From Octopus sinensis (Eukaryota): a stretch of 64,000 nt of DNA. The stretch covers positions 139,314,001 through 139,378,000 of the forward strand of contig NC_042999.1 of the NCBI RefSeq assembly GCF_006345805.1. Reading direction: 5' to 3'. The translations under genes were made by a program, and so were the position numbers. Shown piece by piece: positions 52,152-63,080 of this stretch (positions within the stretch are counted from its first letter, which is position 1; every line of letters starts with the position of its first letter). Under the pieces are notes generated by a model, which saw only the letters and a list, made by a program, of their open reading frames with translations, was not told where the DNA came from and ran no database searches.

Positions 52152-52381
52152 CAGGGGTGGGAAAAAGTAGGTTTACAGTTGCTTCATATGAGTGGAATGT
52201 TGTTTTCATTTCTCCATTTCTTTTTTAAACCTAAGCAATTCATAAGTTGATTAAAGGACCTGTGGGAGATGTCTAGTTCATTGGAAGCTCTCCCTTTTTT
52301 CTTTTTTTTTTATAGAGAAACGATAAGAACATTCCACTCATATTAAGCAATTGTATAACTACCTATTTTTGTCCACCCCTA
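52152..52381. mobile_element. Tc1/mariner MITE just downstream of POLG2
   Basis: TA|CAGGGGTGGGAAAAAGTAGG ... CCTATTTTTGTCCACCCCTA|TA. Confidence 0.7.
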
Positions 52382-52519
52382 TATATTGTCTGGGAGGGAA
52401 AAATAAACAAAACAAGTGATAGCAATAGCTGGGATGCCGTTGGTCAACAAAAGGCAACAAACCAAACAACACAAGATGTGAAAAAAGATAGGTATTAAAA
52501 ACTAATTGACTTATTTTTG

Positions 52520-53707
52520 CTATTGAATATTCTTTAAAATTGTATCTTTCAGTGTGGCAACATGAAGTGGTTCTTTTAAAGATGTATCGCGACTTCGCAA
52601 TCCAATAATTCCACTTTCCAGTGTAGTGTCATTAATAACTATTGTTAAAAGCACACCTAACTCATCAAACATCACATACTGCTTCTCAAGAGAATTAGTA
52701 GTGTCTAAACAATGAAATACTTGCAGTTCCAGGTCTTCAATGTCTTTTATAATACGTAACGCCATCTTTCGTAAATAGGAAACTTTACTCCCGCTTACAC
52801 TGACACCGATTTTATAAGGCACAAGTCTTCTGTGAAGCTTCAGTATGCTTCTGGTTTTGGACTCAGAACGGGTCTTACTCTTACTATAAGTGTGAATATT
52901 CTCTTGAAAAGAATCGAGAAGGAAGGCCAAGAATGCTCTCTCTAGAATAGCTGTAGATTCAATAACACATGGTAAGGAAGCAGAACGTCGAATTTTACTT
53001 TGAGCAGATATACCCGACAAAAGCACATCTTTTATACATTGGAGAGGATAATCACGCCAGTTTATAATTGTTTCAATGGTGTCCCAACCCCAAGGAAAAT
53101 GGAATTGAACTTTAAACAGCTGGAAAGTTTCATTATTGACATTTAACTGCTGTGGATCTGACAAAATAAAATTGGAGGGAAAACGTGCATACTGACGCCA
53201 CCATTTCAGTCTACGCCTATGACAGTCACTAAAGGAGGAGACGATAGTTGTGGATGGACAGAAATGTGTAACAGTCAGCTCTGTATTTTCGGACGATTCT
53301 AAAAAAGACAGGTTCTCACCCGATGTTCGCTGCGGATCAAAACAAACAGATGTGTGGGCTACAGAAAACGATAATTTTTTGCTTAACTGTTTAGCAATGA
53401 CAAGATAGTTTTCGGGACACCGATGCAGTATAGATGAATTGTAATGTTCCACCCCTACCCTAGTATCTGATGGAGTTTCCGCGGTAATGGATTTTGAATT
53501 TTCCACCCAGAAAGTCTCCTCGTTGTTGTTGTAGAGGACGTATCTTCGCCATTCTTGTAAAATGTTATGTCGAAGTAATGCGCCGGGCGGTCCATAGCTG
53601 TAAACATTGTGTGTATGCTGATTTTTCAAGAAATTACTCGGTTTTACAATGAATGTGCGTTCAATTAATAATTTGATAAGATTATCTAAAAGGCAAGGCA
53701 CAGCCAT
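52520..53707 (-). CDS. POLG2: Mitochondrial DNA polymerase gamma accessory subunit (single ORF, 395 aa from first ATG)
   Basis: YGPPGALLRHNILQEW, RRRLKWWRQYA, FHFPWGWDTIETI, LKLHRRLVPYKIGV and FDELGVLLTIVINDTTLESGIIGLRSRDTSLKE match POLG2 motifs. The ORF track start at 53719 is a GTG; the first ATG is at 53705-53707. Confidence 0.93.
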   Translation of the reverse strand: MAVPCLLDNLIKLLIERTFIVKPSNFLKNQHTHNVYSYGPPGALLRHNILQEWRRYVLYNNNEETFWVENSKSITAETPSDTRVGVEHYNSSILHRCPENYLVIAKQLSKKLSFSVAHTSVCFDPQRTSGENLSFLESSENTELTVTHFCPSTTIVSSFSDCHRRRLKWWRQYARFPSNFILSDPQQLNVNNETFQLFKVQFHFPWGWDTIETIINWRDYPLQCIKDVLLSGISAQSKIRRSASLPCVIESTAILERAFLAFLLDSFQENIHTYSKSKTRSESKTRSILKLHRRLVPYKIGVSVSGSKVSYLRKMALRIIKDIEDLELQVFHCLDTTNSLEKQYVMFDELGVLLTIVINDTTLESGIIGLRSRDTSLKEPLHVATLKDTILKNIQ

Positions 53708-54215
53708 GGATATAAACACGTGTTTTATATTTCTCTAATTTCTTTTCTGAAGAGTTCTACAGTGATAAAATAAATTCTGTGCCGAATTAAATTAAAATAC
53801 TACTTTAGATGTAGCAAGTTTTTCTGTTCACTGTCAAAAAATATTAATACGACAAAAAGCATGAAAGTGAAATTTATCTACTTTGGTAAATTACTTATAC
53901 ATTCAACTATCAGAAGTAATTCGAGATATTTACTGTTTCTAAACATAGTGAACGTTTAATACGATTTCTCTCCCTTGCATTCTAACTTGAGTCCTTTGTG
54001 GCATGGGCTTCATTCTAAGGGAAATAACTCATCTACGAACACGTTCCCATGTTTACAATAGGACTTGGGACTTTCATTTGTGTTTGTTAAAATATACAAC
54101 TATTTATACCACATTTACGAAGTTTTTGTTGGTACTTTGTTCTTTATGAATTAATACGTAAGAGATTGTTATATACTTTATACCCTTATATTTTAACTTT
54201 TAAGTGAAGTTGATT

Positions 54216-54523
54216 AGGAGTGGCTGTGTGGTAAGTAGCTTGCTTACGAACCACATGGTTCCGGGTTTAGTCCCACTGCGTGGCACCTTGGGTATATATC
54301 TTCTACTATAGCTTTGTGAGTGGATTTGGTAGACGGAAACTGAAAGAAGCCCGTCGTATATATGTATATATTTGTATGTGTGTACGTATTTGTGTTTGTC
54401 CACTGATGCTGGTGTGTTTACGTTCGGCAAAAAAAAAAAAGACCCTGGGGGTCAATTTGATCGACTAAAGGCGGTGCTCCAGCATGGCCACAGTCACATG
54501 ACTGAAACAAGTAAAAAGAGAGT
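54216..54523 (+). mobile_element. SINE family B (with internal deletions)
   Basis: Head and tail intact; about 500 bp upstream of the POLG2 ATG. Confidence 0.85.
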
Positions 54524-54856
54524 GTGTATGAGTGGAAGGGTGCGCACACCTCCACTCCCGTTTCAGAAAAATAATAATTCTTTTTAATGTTGGTACAGAA
54601 GAGGCAAACCAATTACATCGACCCAGACTCTATTACATGAGTGGTACTTTATTTTATTGACCCTGAATGTTGAACTCGTTGGCATTTGTTACCAAGCAAA
54701 TGTCACAAAGCAGTTTGTTCGACGTGCTAATGATTCGTGCAGCTTGCTGACGTAGTAATAATAATGATAATAGTTTCTACTAAAGGCACAAGGCCTGAAA
54801 TTTGGGGGTGGGAGTGGAGAGGGGACTAGTCGACTATATGGACCTCAGTATTTCAC

Positions 54857-55090
54857 CGGAACTGGCAGAATCGTTAGCATGCCGGGCGAAATGCGTAGCC
54901 GTATTTCGTCTGCCGTTACGTTCTGAGTTCAAATTCTGCCGAGGTCGACTTTGTCTTTCATCCTTTCGGGGTCGATAAATTAAGTACCAGTTACGCACTG
55001 GGGTCGATGTTATCGACTTAATACCTATGTCTGTCCTTGTTTGTCCCCTCTGTGTTTAGCTCCTTGTGGGTAATAAAGAAATAGGTATTT
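54857..55090 (+). mobile_element. SINE family A
   Basis: Near-consensus copy followed directly by an inverted partial copy (55091-55172). Confidence 0.9.
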
Positions 55091-55172
55091 AATTTATCGA
55101 CTCCGAAAGGATGAAAGGCAAAGTCGACTTCGGCGACATTTGAACTTAAAACGTGAAGTTGGACGAAATACT

Positions 55173-56130
55173 GCTCCACCAGATCTGACTTCACTCCAAT
55201 TGTGCGGTATATTATCGTACAACGTCGCGCGTTTTCCGGCACGTCCGGTGGAGGTGTGAGGGTGATTCTTTGGCCCCTCCTTTTTAACACGTTTAGCCTC
55301 TCTTAAATCGTTTCTGCTTATTGCAATTGTTTCGGATCATTTTCTTTTGAACGGCACTTTGTAAAATAATTTCTAGGTAACTAAAAAGTTTTAAACTTCG
55401 TATACTGGTTAGGGTTAGGGGTTGGGGAAGGGTATCTTTTTTTTCTTCACAAATGTAAATAAACCCAATCTGTTTCTTAAAGGAGGGACATATTCATTAT
55501 GCACAGAATGTTATTTACCTAAATGGACTCCAGTGATTGGTTAAAATTGCCGAAATGCAAGTAATTTCAAACGAAATATCTTACAAACTATAGAATTTTC
55601 TCAATAAAGTTAAGAGAAAATGATGTTTTATAAACACATTCTACCAGTATACGAAGTTTAAAATTTTTAGTTACCTAGAAATTATGTTACAAAATGCCGT
55701 TCAAAAGGAAAAGATCCATTGTTTCTGTATTTTCGGTTGTCCTCGCGAAGGAAACAGTTGATATTGGAGTTTCTTTCTCTGTTGTGTCGAGAGGAGTCAC
55801 ACATATGTCTCCGCTTATTTTGTTGTTGCTGTAGTTGTTCTTGCTGCTGGCTCCGCTGCCACCACCTCCCACCACGCTTATTGGAGACTGGGTGAATACA
55901 AACATGGAGGTTTCTGTTACCAATTGGGGTTGTGGTGGAGGTGATAGTGTTTTGGCTGATGTTGTTGCCTTTTTTATTGATTTATTTTGTTGTTCCTGCG
56001 ACGGTAAAGGTGGTGGCCAAAGCAAAGGAAAAATACCTTCATACTTTTCGTGCTGTGTTATTTCATACTTTTACATGCTGTATTGTTGCTGTTGTTGTTG
56101 CTACTGTTGCTGTCACAGACCTTTGCCATG
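55173..56130 (-). pseudogene. Low-complexity ORF relic (possibly a LINE ORF1) interrupted by a MITE
   Basis: S/T/P/N-rich frame from 56025 stays open across the reconstructed empty MITE site; adjacent frame has TPPPDVPENARRCTIIYRTI. Identity unassigned. Confidence 0.4.
55334..55717. mobile_element. GGATC-ended MITE with about 75-bp TIRs and perfect 8-bp TSD
   Basis: GGATC..AAACTTCGTATACTGGT / ACCAGTATACGAAGTTT..GATCC; ATTGTTTC at 55326-55333 and 55718-55725. Confidence 0.9.
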
Positions 56131-56153
56131 TGGCTGTTCTGTTTAGTGGATAA

Positions 56154-56450
56154 TGTGGGATGACATCAGCAGCTGGAAAGCTGACCGGAACTTGGGGATG
56201 ACCGGAAGGGGCAGCAGTGACGCGCGCGCAGCGAGGGCAGGATTCTGCCTTTTCGAGGCAGGTCGCCGAGCGAGTAAGACGGCGTCAGCATGTTGTTCCC
56301 AACCTTAACAACGTGCTGACGCCGTCTTACCCGCTCGGCGACCTGCCTCGAAAAAACAGAATCCTGCCCTCGCTGTGCGCGCGTCACTGCCGCCCCTTCC
56401 GGTCATCCCCAAGTTCCGGTCAGCTCCTCTGCTGCTGGCGTCATCCCACA
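56154..56450. repeat. GC/CpG-rich long hairpin (about 144-bp arms, 9-nt loop)
   Basis: Arms 56154-56297 and 56307-56450 are about 90% complementary; loop CCCAACCTT. Confidence 0.92.
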
Positions 56451-56714
56451 GATAGCTAACAGTTCTTTTTAGAAAACGAACAGTCCTCGTCTGCTATCTT
56501 TCTTTTTTCAGCAAAAATCGAACCCTAATTTCGCCCCTAAGGGCTATAGATGGGGAAAATTTGAACAGTTCCCTAAATTCATGGTTAGTTTATTTATGTA
56601 ACGATATCAAATGTACAATGCATAACAATGTGTATTATCATAAATAACAACAAACTTACGGGAGCGATGTGCAACACGTGTCGATAGACGAACAACAACG
56701 ATAATAATCCTTTC

Positions 56715-56925
56715 TACTATAGACATAAGGTCTGAAATTTGGGGTGAGGAGGGGGATTAGTCGATTACAGCGACTCTAGCGTTTCACTGGTACTTAATTT
56801 ATCAACCCCGAAAGGATGAAAGGTAAAGTCGACCTTGGCGGAATTTGAACTCAGAACGTAAAGACGAACGAAATGCCGCAAAGCATTTCGCCCGGCGTGC
56901 TAACGATTCTGCCAGCTCACCGCTT
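56715..56925 (-). mobile_element. SINE family A
   Basis: Reverse complement of head, core and alternative tail. Confidence 0.85.
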
Positions 56926-56931
56926 TAATGA

Positions 56932-56946
56932 TAGTAATGATGATGG

Positions 56947-56992
<46 letters not shown>

Positions 56993-56993
56993 A
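56932..56993. repeat. (GAT)n microsatellite
   Basis: Direct triplet run abutting the 3' end of the Tx1/L1-like element. Confidence 0.95.
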
Positions 56994-56999
56994 GTTATC

Positions 57000-59900
57000 T
57001 CTTTATTGGCTACAAGAGCCCCAACCCCGCCCCAAATATTTAGGACAATGCAAAGGCAAAGTCTTTGCATTGGGGGATTTACATAAAACCGCGTAAACAA
57101 AATAGAATAACAACTAAAGAATTCTAATCACGAAAATTTATTTCTGAATCGGTGGAAACGCCATCCAGAGGTATTAAGGGACCCCACAGATCCTAAGCGC
57201 TCCCTACTCACTAGGAGTACTGAGTCAATGCTCCTTTCTTCCCCGTAGTTCTCAGCCTACTTGCGCCAGCTTTAAGTAGCCATTCACTCAGGTCATCCTC
57301 CTTTCAACAAATTTATTGGGAAGCAGGATGTCCTTCTTAACAATCACCTTCACTTTCAAATGAAATTTAAAAATGTCGATGAGAACTAATCGAAGGGGAA
57401 AGTGTCTGCCTACAAGTCTTTTCAAGCTCGTCAACCGCACAACTTCTTCCACCATAGCCAGTATAGAGAAAATACTGCTTGCCCTTCTCAACCAAAGGAA
57501 AGCTGTGATGCGATCTTCGCGATAGAGCCGGTCGATGGCCTGATCCATCATACACGTTATAGCAGCTGTTTGACATAAACAAAACCTCACAACTCAGCGA
57601 TATTCGGGTATTATATACGCGCGTACAGAACGATTTCCTTGTTCTGTATGCGTCTCGGACAGGCGCAGCTGACGGCACTACTACCCTGCAAAGTTTATTC
57701 CGTTCCGTACCGGCAATACCCCCACTCAAACCCACCCCGCTAGCATTACTGATTTCAGGAAGTTATTTATAAGTACCATTCTGAAAATCTTCTGGAACAA
57801 ACTAGCCAGTTGATTTTTATTGATATCCAGACTTTCTTCTGGGACCGCATCGATCTTATTCACCAGTAAACCTCTAAATAGTGCCATGGTAAATGATTCA
57901 TCGATGGCAATACCCGACTGGCGGAGAGCTGCGAACACTTGGTGATACTCAAGATGTCAGGTTCCCTACCTTACTTTAATCTTGGTGCTGGACAGCAGTT
58001 CTGTGAAAGAGACGAACTGCGGGAAAGCGCAACTAACAAACGACGATCACATCTGCTCAGGAAAACGCTGGAAATGTCGTTACGTTAGTGCATACTTGCG
58101 CATCATCAGCCACAAGTGTACCCTCTGACCACTAGAATGCACCCCTTACGCAGAAAGCGGAAGAGCAGGCGCTGCATGCCAATCAGCTACGAAGCGAGAC
58201 AAGGCATGACAGTCAGGCGGTAGTAGATGACGGATGCGATGTAGGCATGCGTCATCTCAATCCGGCACTTTAGGGACAGTTTCCTCTCGGCCCACATCTG
58301 GGAGATACTAGTCACTCTGTTCGTCACGTCTTCCCAGTTCTTGTACTTTTGGTGGTTTGAATCAAACTAGATCCCAATCAATTTAACCGGTGTGTCTGTC
58401 CAACGTCCAACGACATTATTGAACAGATATGAAGGTGGCGAGCTGGCAGAATCGTTAGCACGCCGAGCGAAATTCTTAGCGGTATTTCGTCCACCGCTAC
58501 ATTCTGAGTTCAAATTCCGCCGAGGTCGAATTTGCCTTCCATCCTTTCGGGGTCGATTAAATAAGTACCAGTTACGCACTGGGATCGATATAATCGACTT
58601 AATCCGTTTGTCTGTCCTTGTTTGTTCTCTCTGTGTTTAGCCTCTTGTGGGTAGTAAAAAATAGGTATTTACCGGCCGCTACTTTCTGAGTTCAAATTCC
58701 GCCGAGATCGACTTTACCTTTCATCCTTTCGTGGTCGATAAATTAAGTACCAGTTGAGTACTGGGGTCAATGTAATCGACTGTCCCTCTCCCAAATTTCA
58801 GGCTTTGTGCCTATAGTAGAAAGGATTATTGAACAAATATGGACCTTCTTCAGGTCCATCGACTTCTAGCTGTGCTCAGCATATGATATGGTTGTGGACT
58901 CAATTAAATTTGTTACTTGTTCCGAAGAACGGAATCAGTTAAACAAGAAACGAAATTGATTCACTGCTATATACTACAACATAATGTGTTTGGTGTCCGA
59001 CGCTATTATGGTGATGCCGTCCGCATATCCAAATACGGATTTTCTGCATCCTTGGAAATTGGAGATTTCAAGGATTTCTGCAGTAGTGGCTTTAGAGTCA
59101 GTAAGTACAGAAAGGATGAGAGGTTGAACCTTTGCCAGACCGATCACACGATAATGAGCAATTGCCACAGGCGGCCATTTACACTTACCACTGACCTCAT
59201 GTCGCTATACATTGCAGCAATCCATCTTACAAAGATGGGTCCAGAACTATCCGCTAAGTATTGATGGTCGATCCTATCGAAAGATTTCGACTGATCTCAA
59301 TTGATCAGGATCTCACTTATGCCAGATTCTTTAGCCACCCTTTCTATGATGTACCTCGTGAGTTTTAAGCTGTCGTGGATAGATCTGTTTGGTGTGGCAC
59401 ATGTCTGAGCCTCACCCACCGGATTATCGACTACAAACATTAAGCTCTTAGCTAATAGCTTGGTCAAAGTCTTCAGTTCTGTATTTAGTAGAATTATAGA
59501 ACAGAAGTTGTTAAAACTCCACCCATCCCACCCCTACCCATTCTGGGCCTTTCTCAGCAACACCGTCACACCTGTTTTCGCAGTACTGGGAAACTTTCCC
59601 TTCTGTTGCTAGTTGCATTAGACATCTCCTAGAGGTGTCAGAATAAGTCTGGCTTCTGAAAATAAAGACCATAGGGCAGGCCATCCAATGCAGTCGCCTT
59701 CTCCTTTACGCAGGTAATAGACCGTCAAACCTTATTTTCCGTATTTCGTCAGCTGTATCCAGCCTTTCGCAGAAATGCGGAACTCCGCCTCCTTAAACGA
59801 GAACCGAGTGTAAGCGTCGATCCAGGTGACAATACTTTGACCTATTGACTTAACGTGTTTGAACTTATGCACCAATACAGATTTGGCTCGTGGTAAGCAC

Positions 59901-60200
59901 AGCAGACATACTTTTTCTTCTTTTGGGACATCAAATTGATTGTAGCTTTTATATTCCTTCACCGAAACTGATCCGATCACTAGTATCTCTAATTAGATAT
60001 GCTGGATGTGGACATGTAATGGTGAGAGATTCAACAAAAATCGCTTCGTATGATATTAATAGTTTGTCCACCACAATGTAAATAGCGCATTGCTACTGTT
60101 AAGTCTCGGTCAAATCATTTCGATTGGTGCAATGTTTCGAATGTAAAGGAGAAACAGTCTATACCGTAGAATTTATAGCCATGTGCTTGTCAAATGAACA
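57000..60200 (-). mobile_element. 5'-truncated Tx1/L1-clade LINE, degenerate, split by SINE-A copies
   Basis: LLNTELKTLTKLLAKS, VFGYADGITIIASD and NWEDVTNRVTSISQMWAERKLSLKCRI motifs in order; AATAAA on the minus strand at 57002-57007; 5' boundary approximate. Confidence 0.75.
58434..58830 (+). mobile_element. SINE family A head-to-tail dimer inserted in the LINE
   Basis: Full copy, then a headless unit starting at GGTATTT (58664-58670). Confidence 0.88.
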
Positions 60201-60348
60201 ACATGTAAAATAGAAATAAATAAACAAATAAATGTGATCTCCAGGTAATCCGAGACAGCCGCCATCGTTTTGATTCATGATTTTCGTGTCTTTCCGTAAA
60301 ACACGATCGCTCAAACCATCCCATTTTTTATTTCGTTAAATTAGATAT

Positions 60349-60650
60349 GTGAAGGCGCATGGTTTTGTGGTTAGTGTATTTAGCTCACAGTCGTTAGGTC
60401 CTGAGTTCGATTACTGACGGCGCGTTGTGTCCTTAAGCAAGACACTTCATTTCGTGTTCCTCCAGTACACTCTGCTGGCAAAAATGTGTAGTACCTGTAT
60501 TTCAAAGGGCCATCCTTGTCACATACAGTGCCACGCTGAATCTTCTGGGAACTATTGGAGTACTCAGGTGAATTTCATGAGCAGGCTGTTTCGTTGATCG
60601 GATTAACCGGAACCCTTGGCGCCGTAATCCAAAGCGTGCCAGTTAAATTA
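60349..60650 (+). mobile_element. SINE family D
   Basis: tRNA-like head (GAGTTCGATT B box) plus GTGTCCTTAAGCAAGACAC core. Confidence 0.75.
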
Positions 60651-60934
60651 GCTGTCTTCAATGTGTTGTCGGAAAAAGTAATACTCTATGTAAGTCCGTG
60701 TTCATGCAACAAGTAAACGTCCCCGAAATAAATTTCCAATGGCCATTATTTAGATATATACGTTTGCTTTTTTTTTCCCATAAGGATCATAGCTGCCAGC
60801 GAAATAGTTTTCAATCTGAAAAGAGAAACAGAGCTTGAAGAAAGGAGGATATTTTATTTTTAAGCGATTTATAAATTCCACCTCGACTCTGTGTAAGCTA
60901 CAATACATAATGTATATAATGTAAAACAGTTCAG

Positions 60935-62252
60935 GGATCTTTTCTAAAAGATGGACAGAATTTTCTACTTAACTAAATAATTTGAAACTTCGTATACTGG
61001 TAGAATGTGTCAAAAGAAAAACATTAATTTCAATTAGATTTTTTGAGAAAAATGTATTTTGTAACTTTTACGTAGTTTAATTCTTCGAATTTTAACCAAT
61101 CGTATTCTCTGTTTTGAGCTCAATTCATTTGCTGCCGTGTTATTCATCCTTATCTCTGTCTTCTGTTTTCTGTCTTCAAAGGCTTCTCGCATGTTTATTT
61201 CAATGTCATCCCTGACTTACGGAACGATTATCTGTGTGTGTGTGTTTTTGTTTTGTATGTGTGTGCGTGTGTGTGTTTGTTGTGTATGTGTGTGCGTGTG
61301 TGTGTTTGTTGTGTGTGTGTGTGTTATTGTTGTGTATGTGTGTGTGTGTGTTTTTGTTGTGTATGTGTGCGTGTGTTGTGTATCTCTTAAATCGATGAAT
61401 TTCGTCGCCCAATAAAAATATTAACGATATCAAAGTTAAAAAAATATCGTTAATATTTTTATTGGGCGACGAAATTCATCGATTTAAGAGATACACAACA
61501 CACGCACACATACACAACAAAAAAACACAAACACACATACACAACAAAAAGACAAACACACACACACGCACACATACACAACAAAAACACACACACACAA
61601 CAATAACACACACACACACAACAAACACACGCACACATACACAACAATAACACACACACACGACAAACACAAACACGCACACACATGCACAACAAAAAGA
61701 CAAACACACACACACGCACACATACACAACAAACACACGCACACACATACACAACAATAACACACACACACACAACAAACACACGCACACACATACACAA
61801 CAATAACACACAACAAACACAAACACGCACACACATACACAACAATAACACATACACACACAACAAACACACACACACATACACAACAATAACACACACA
61901 CACACAACAAACACACTCACGCACACACAGAACAAAACAAAAACACACACACACAGATAATCGTTCCGTAAGTCAGGGATGACATTGAAATAAACATGCG
62001 AGAAGCCTTTGAAGACAGAAAACAGAAGACAGAGATAAGGATGAATAACACGGCAGCAAATGAATTGAGCTCAAAACAGAGAATACGATTGGTTAAAATT
62101 CGAAGAATTAAACTACGTAAAAGTTACAAAATACATTTTTCTCAAAAAAACTAATTGAAATTAATGTTTTCTTTTGACACATTCTACCAGTATACGAAGT
62201 TTCAAATTATTTAGTTAAGTAGAAAATTCTGTCCATCTTTTAGAAAAGATCC
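60935..62252. mobile_element. Foldback element: whole length is an inverted repeat, GGATC termini, 8-bp TSD
   Basis: Arms 60935-61430 and 61444-62252 with a 13-nt spacer; flanks CAGTTCAG/CAGTCCAG; shares the AAACTTCGTATACTGGTAGAATGTG subterminal motif with 55334-55717. Confidence 0.9.
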
Positions 62253-62924
62253 CAGTCCAGTCTATGAAGTTACAACTGATCAATAGAGTCACTGGGAAGA
62301 CGTAAATGAATTAGCATTTTTCCCGCTGAACTGCAGGTAAAAAAATTCTGACTTTCGAGTTTTGGGTTTTTATTGTATATTTAATCTAGTGTACCGTAAC
62401 CGGTATGTCGCGGTACAGTGGTGTGCCATGAGACGATGTTGCAGTGTAACCTGAATATAATATTTTCTCCCTATACTTTTAGCTAAATTTTTAGTTCAGG
62501 TGTGCTGCCGTTTTGAAAAGAATATAAGTGTACCGCAAGTAAAAAAAGCTAGCGGAGCACTGATTTTATCCACAGCACTAATATCTCGAGGGTACACCAA
62601 GTCGTTTTTTAACGTCTGAAATGACAACATACTTGAGAATCAGTTGAGGTGTCCGTCGTGGTGTAGAATTTACTTCAAGTATCGTCTTTTTAGAATGTGA
62701 ATAAAAGCCGCTTAACCATCAAAAACTATATTGTCACATGATCTGTTAGATTTAGGGGCTAAATCTTCATCATGTTGGCCGTTCTGTTTTTAAAACAGGG
62801 TCATATTGGTTAATGTAACCGCAGACTCATTGACTTATATCGAAAAATAAGATGTGCTGGTCTATATATACGATAAAAGGCGAGTATGGTTGTGGTCTGC
62901 GCTCATACAGGGCTAAGCTTTAAC

Positions 62925-63007
62925 AACACAGCAACAACAGCAACAGTATCAACAATCACTACTACTACCACCACCACCACCACCATGCCACCACCACCAC
63001 CACCACC

Positions 63008-63080
<73 letters not shown>

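Noticed and set aside
53708-53719. POLG2 start at 53719 as given by the ORF track
   Set aside because: That codon is GTG; a eukaryotic start is more likely the ATG at 53705-53707.
55407-55422. Interstitial telomere (TTAGGG)
   Set aside because: Only about two units, located inside a MITE.
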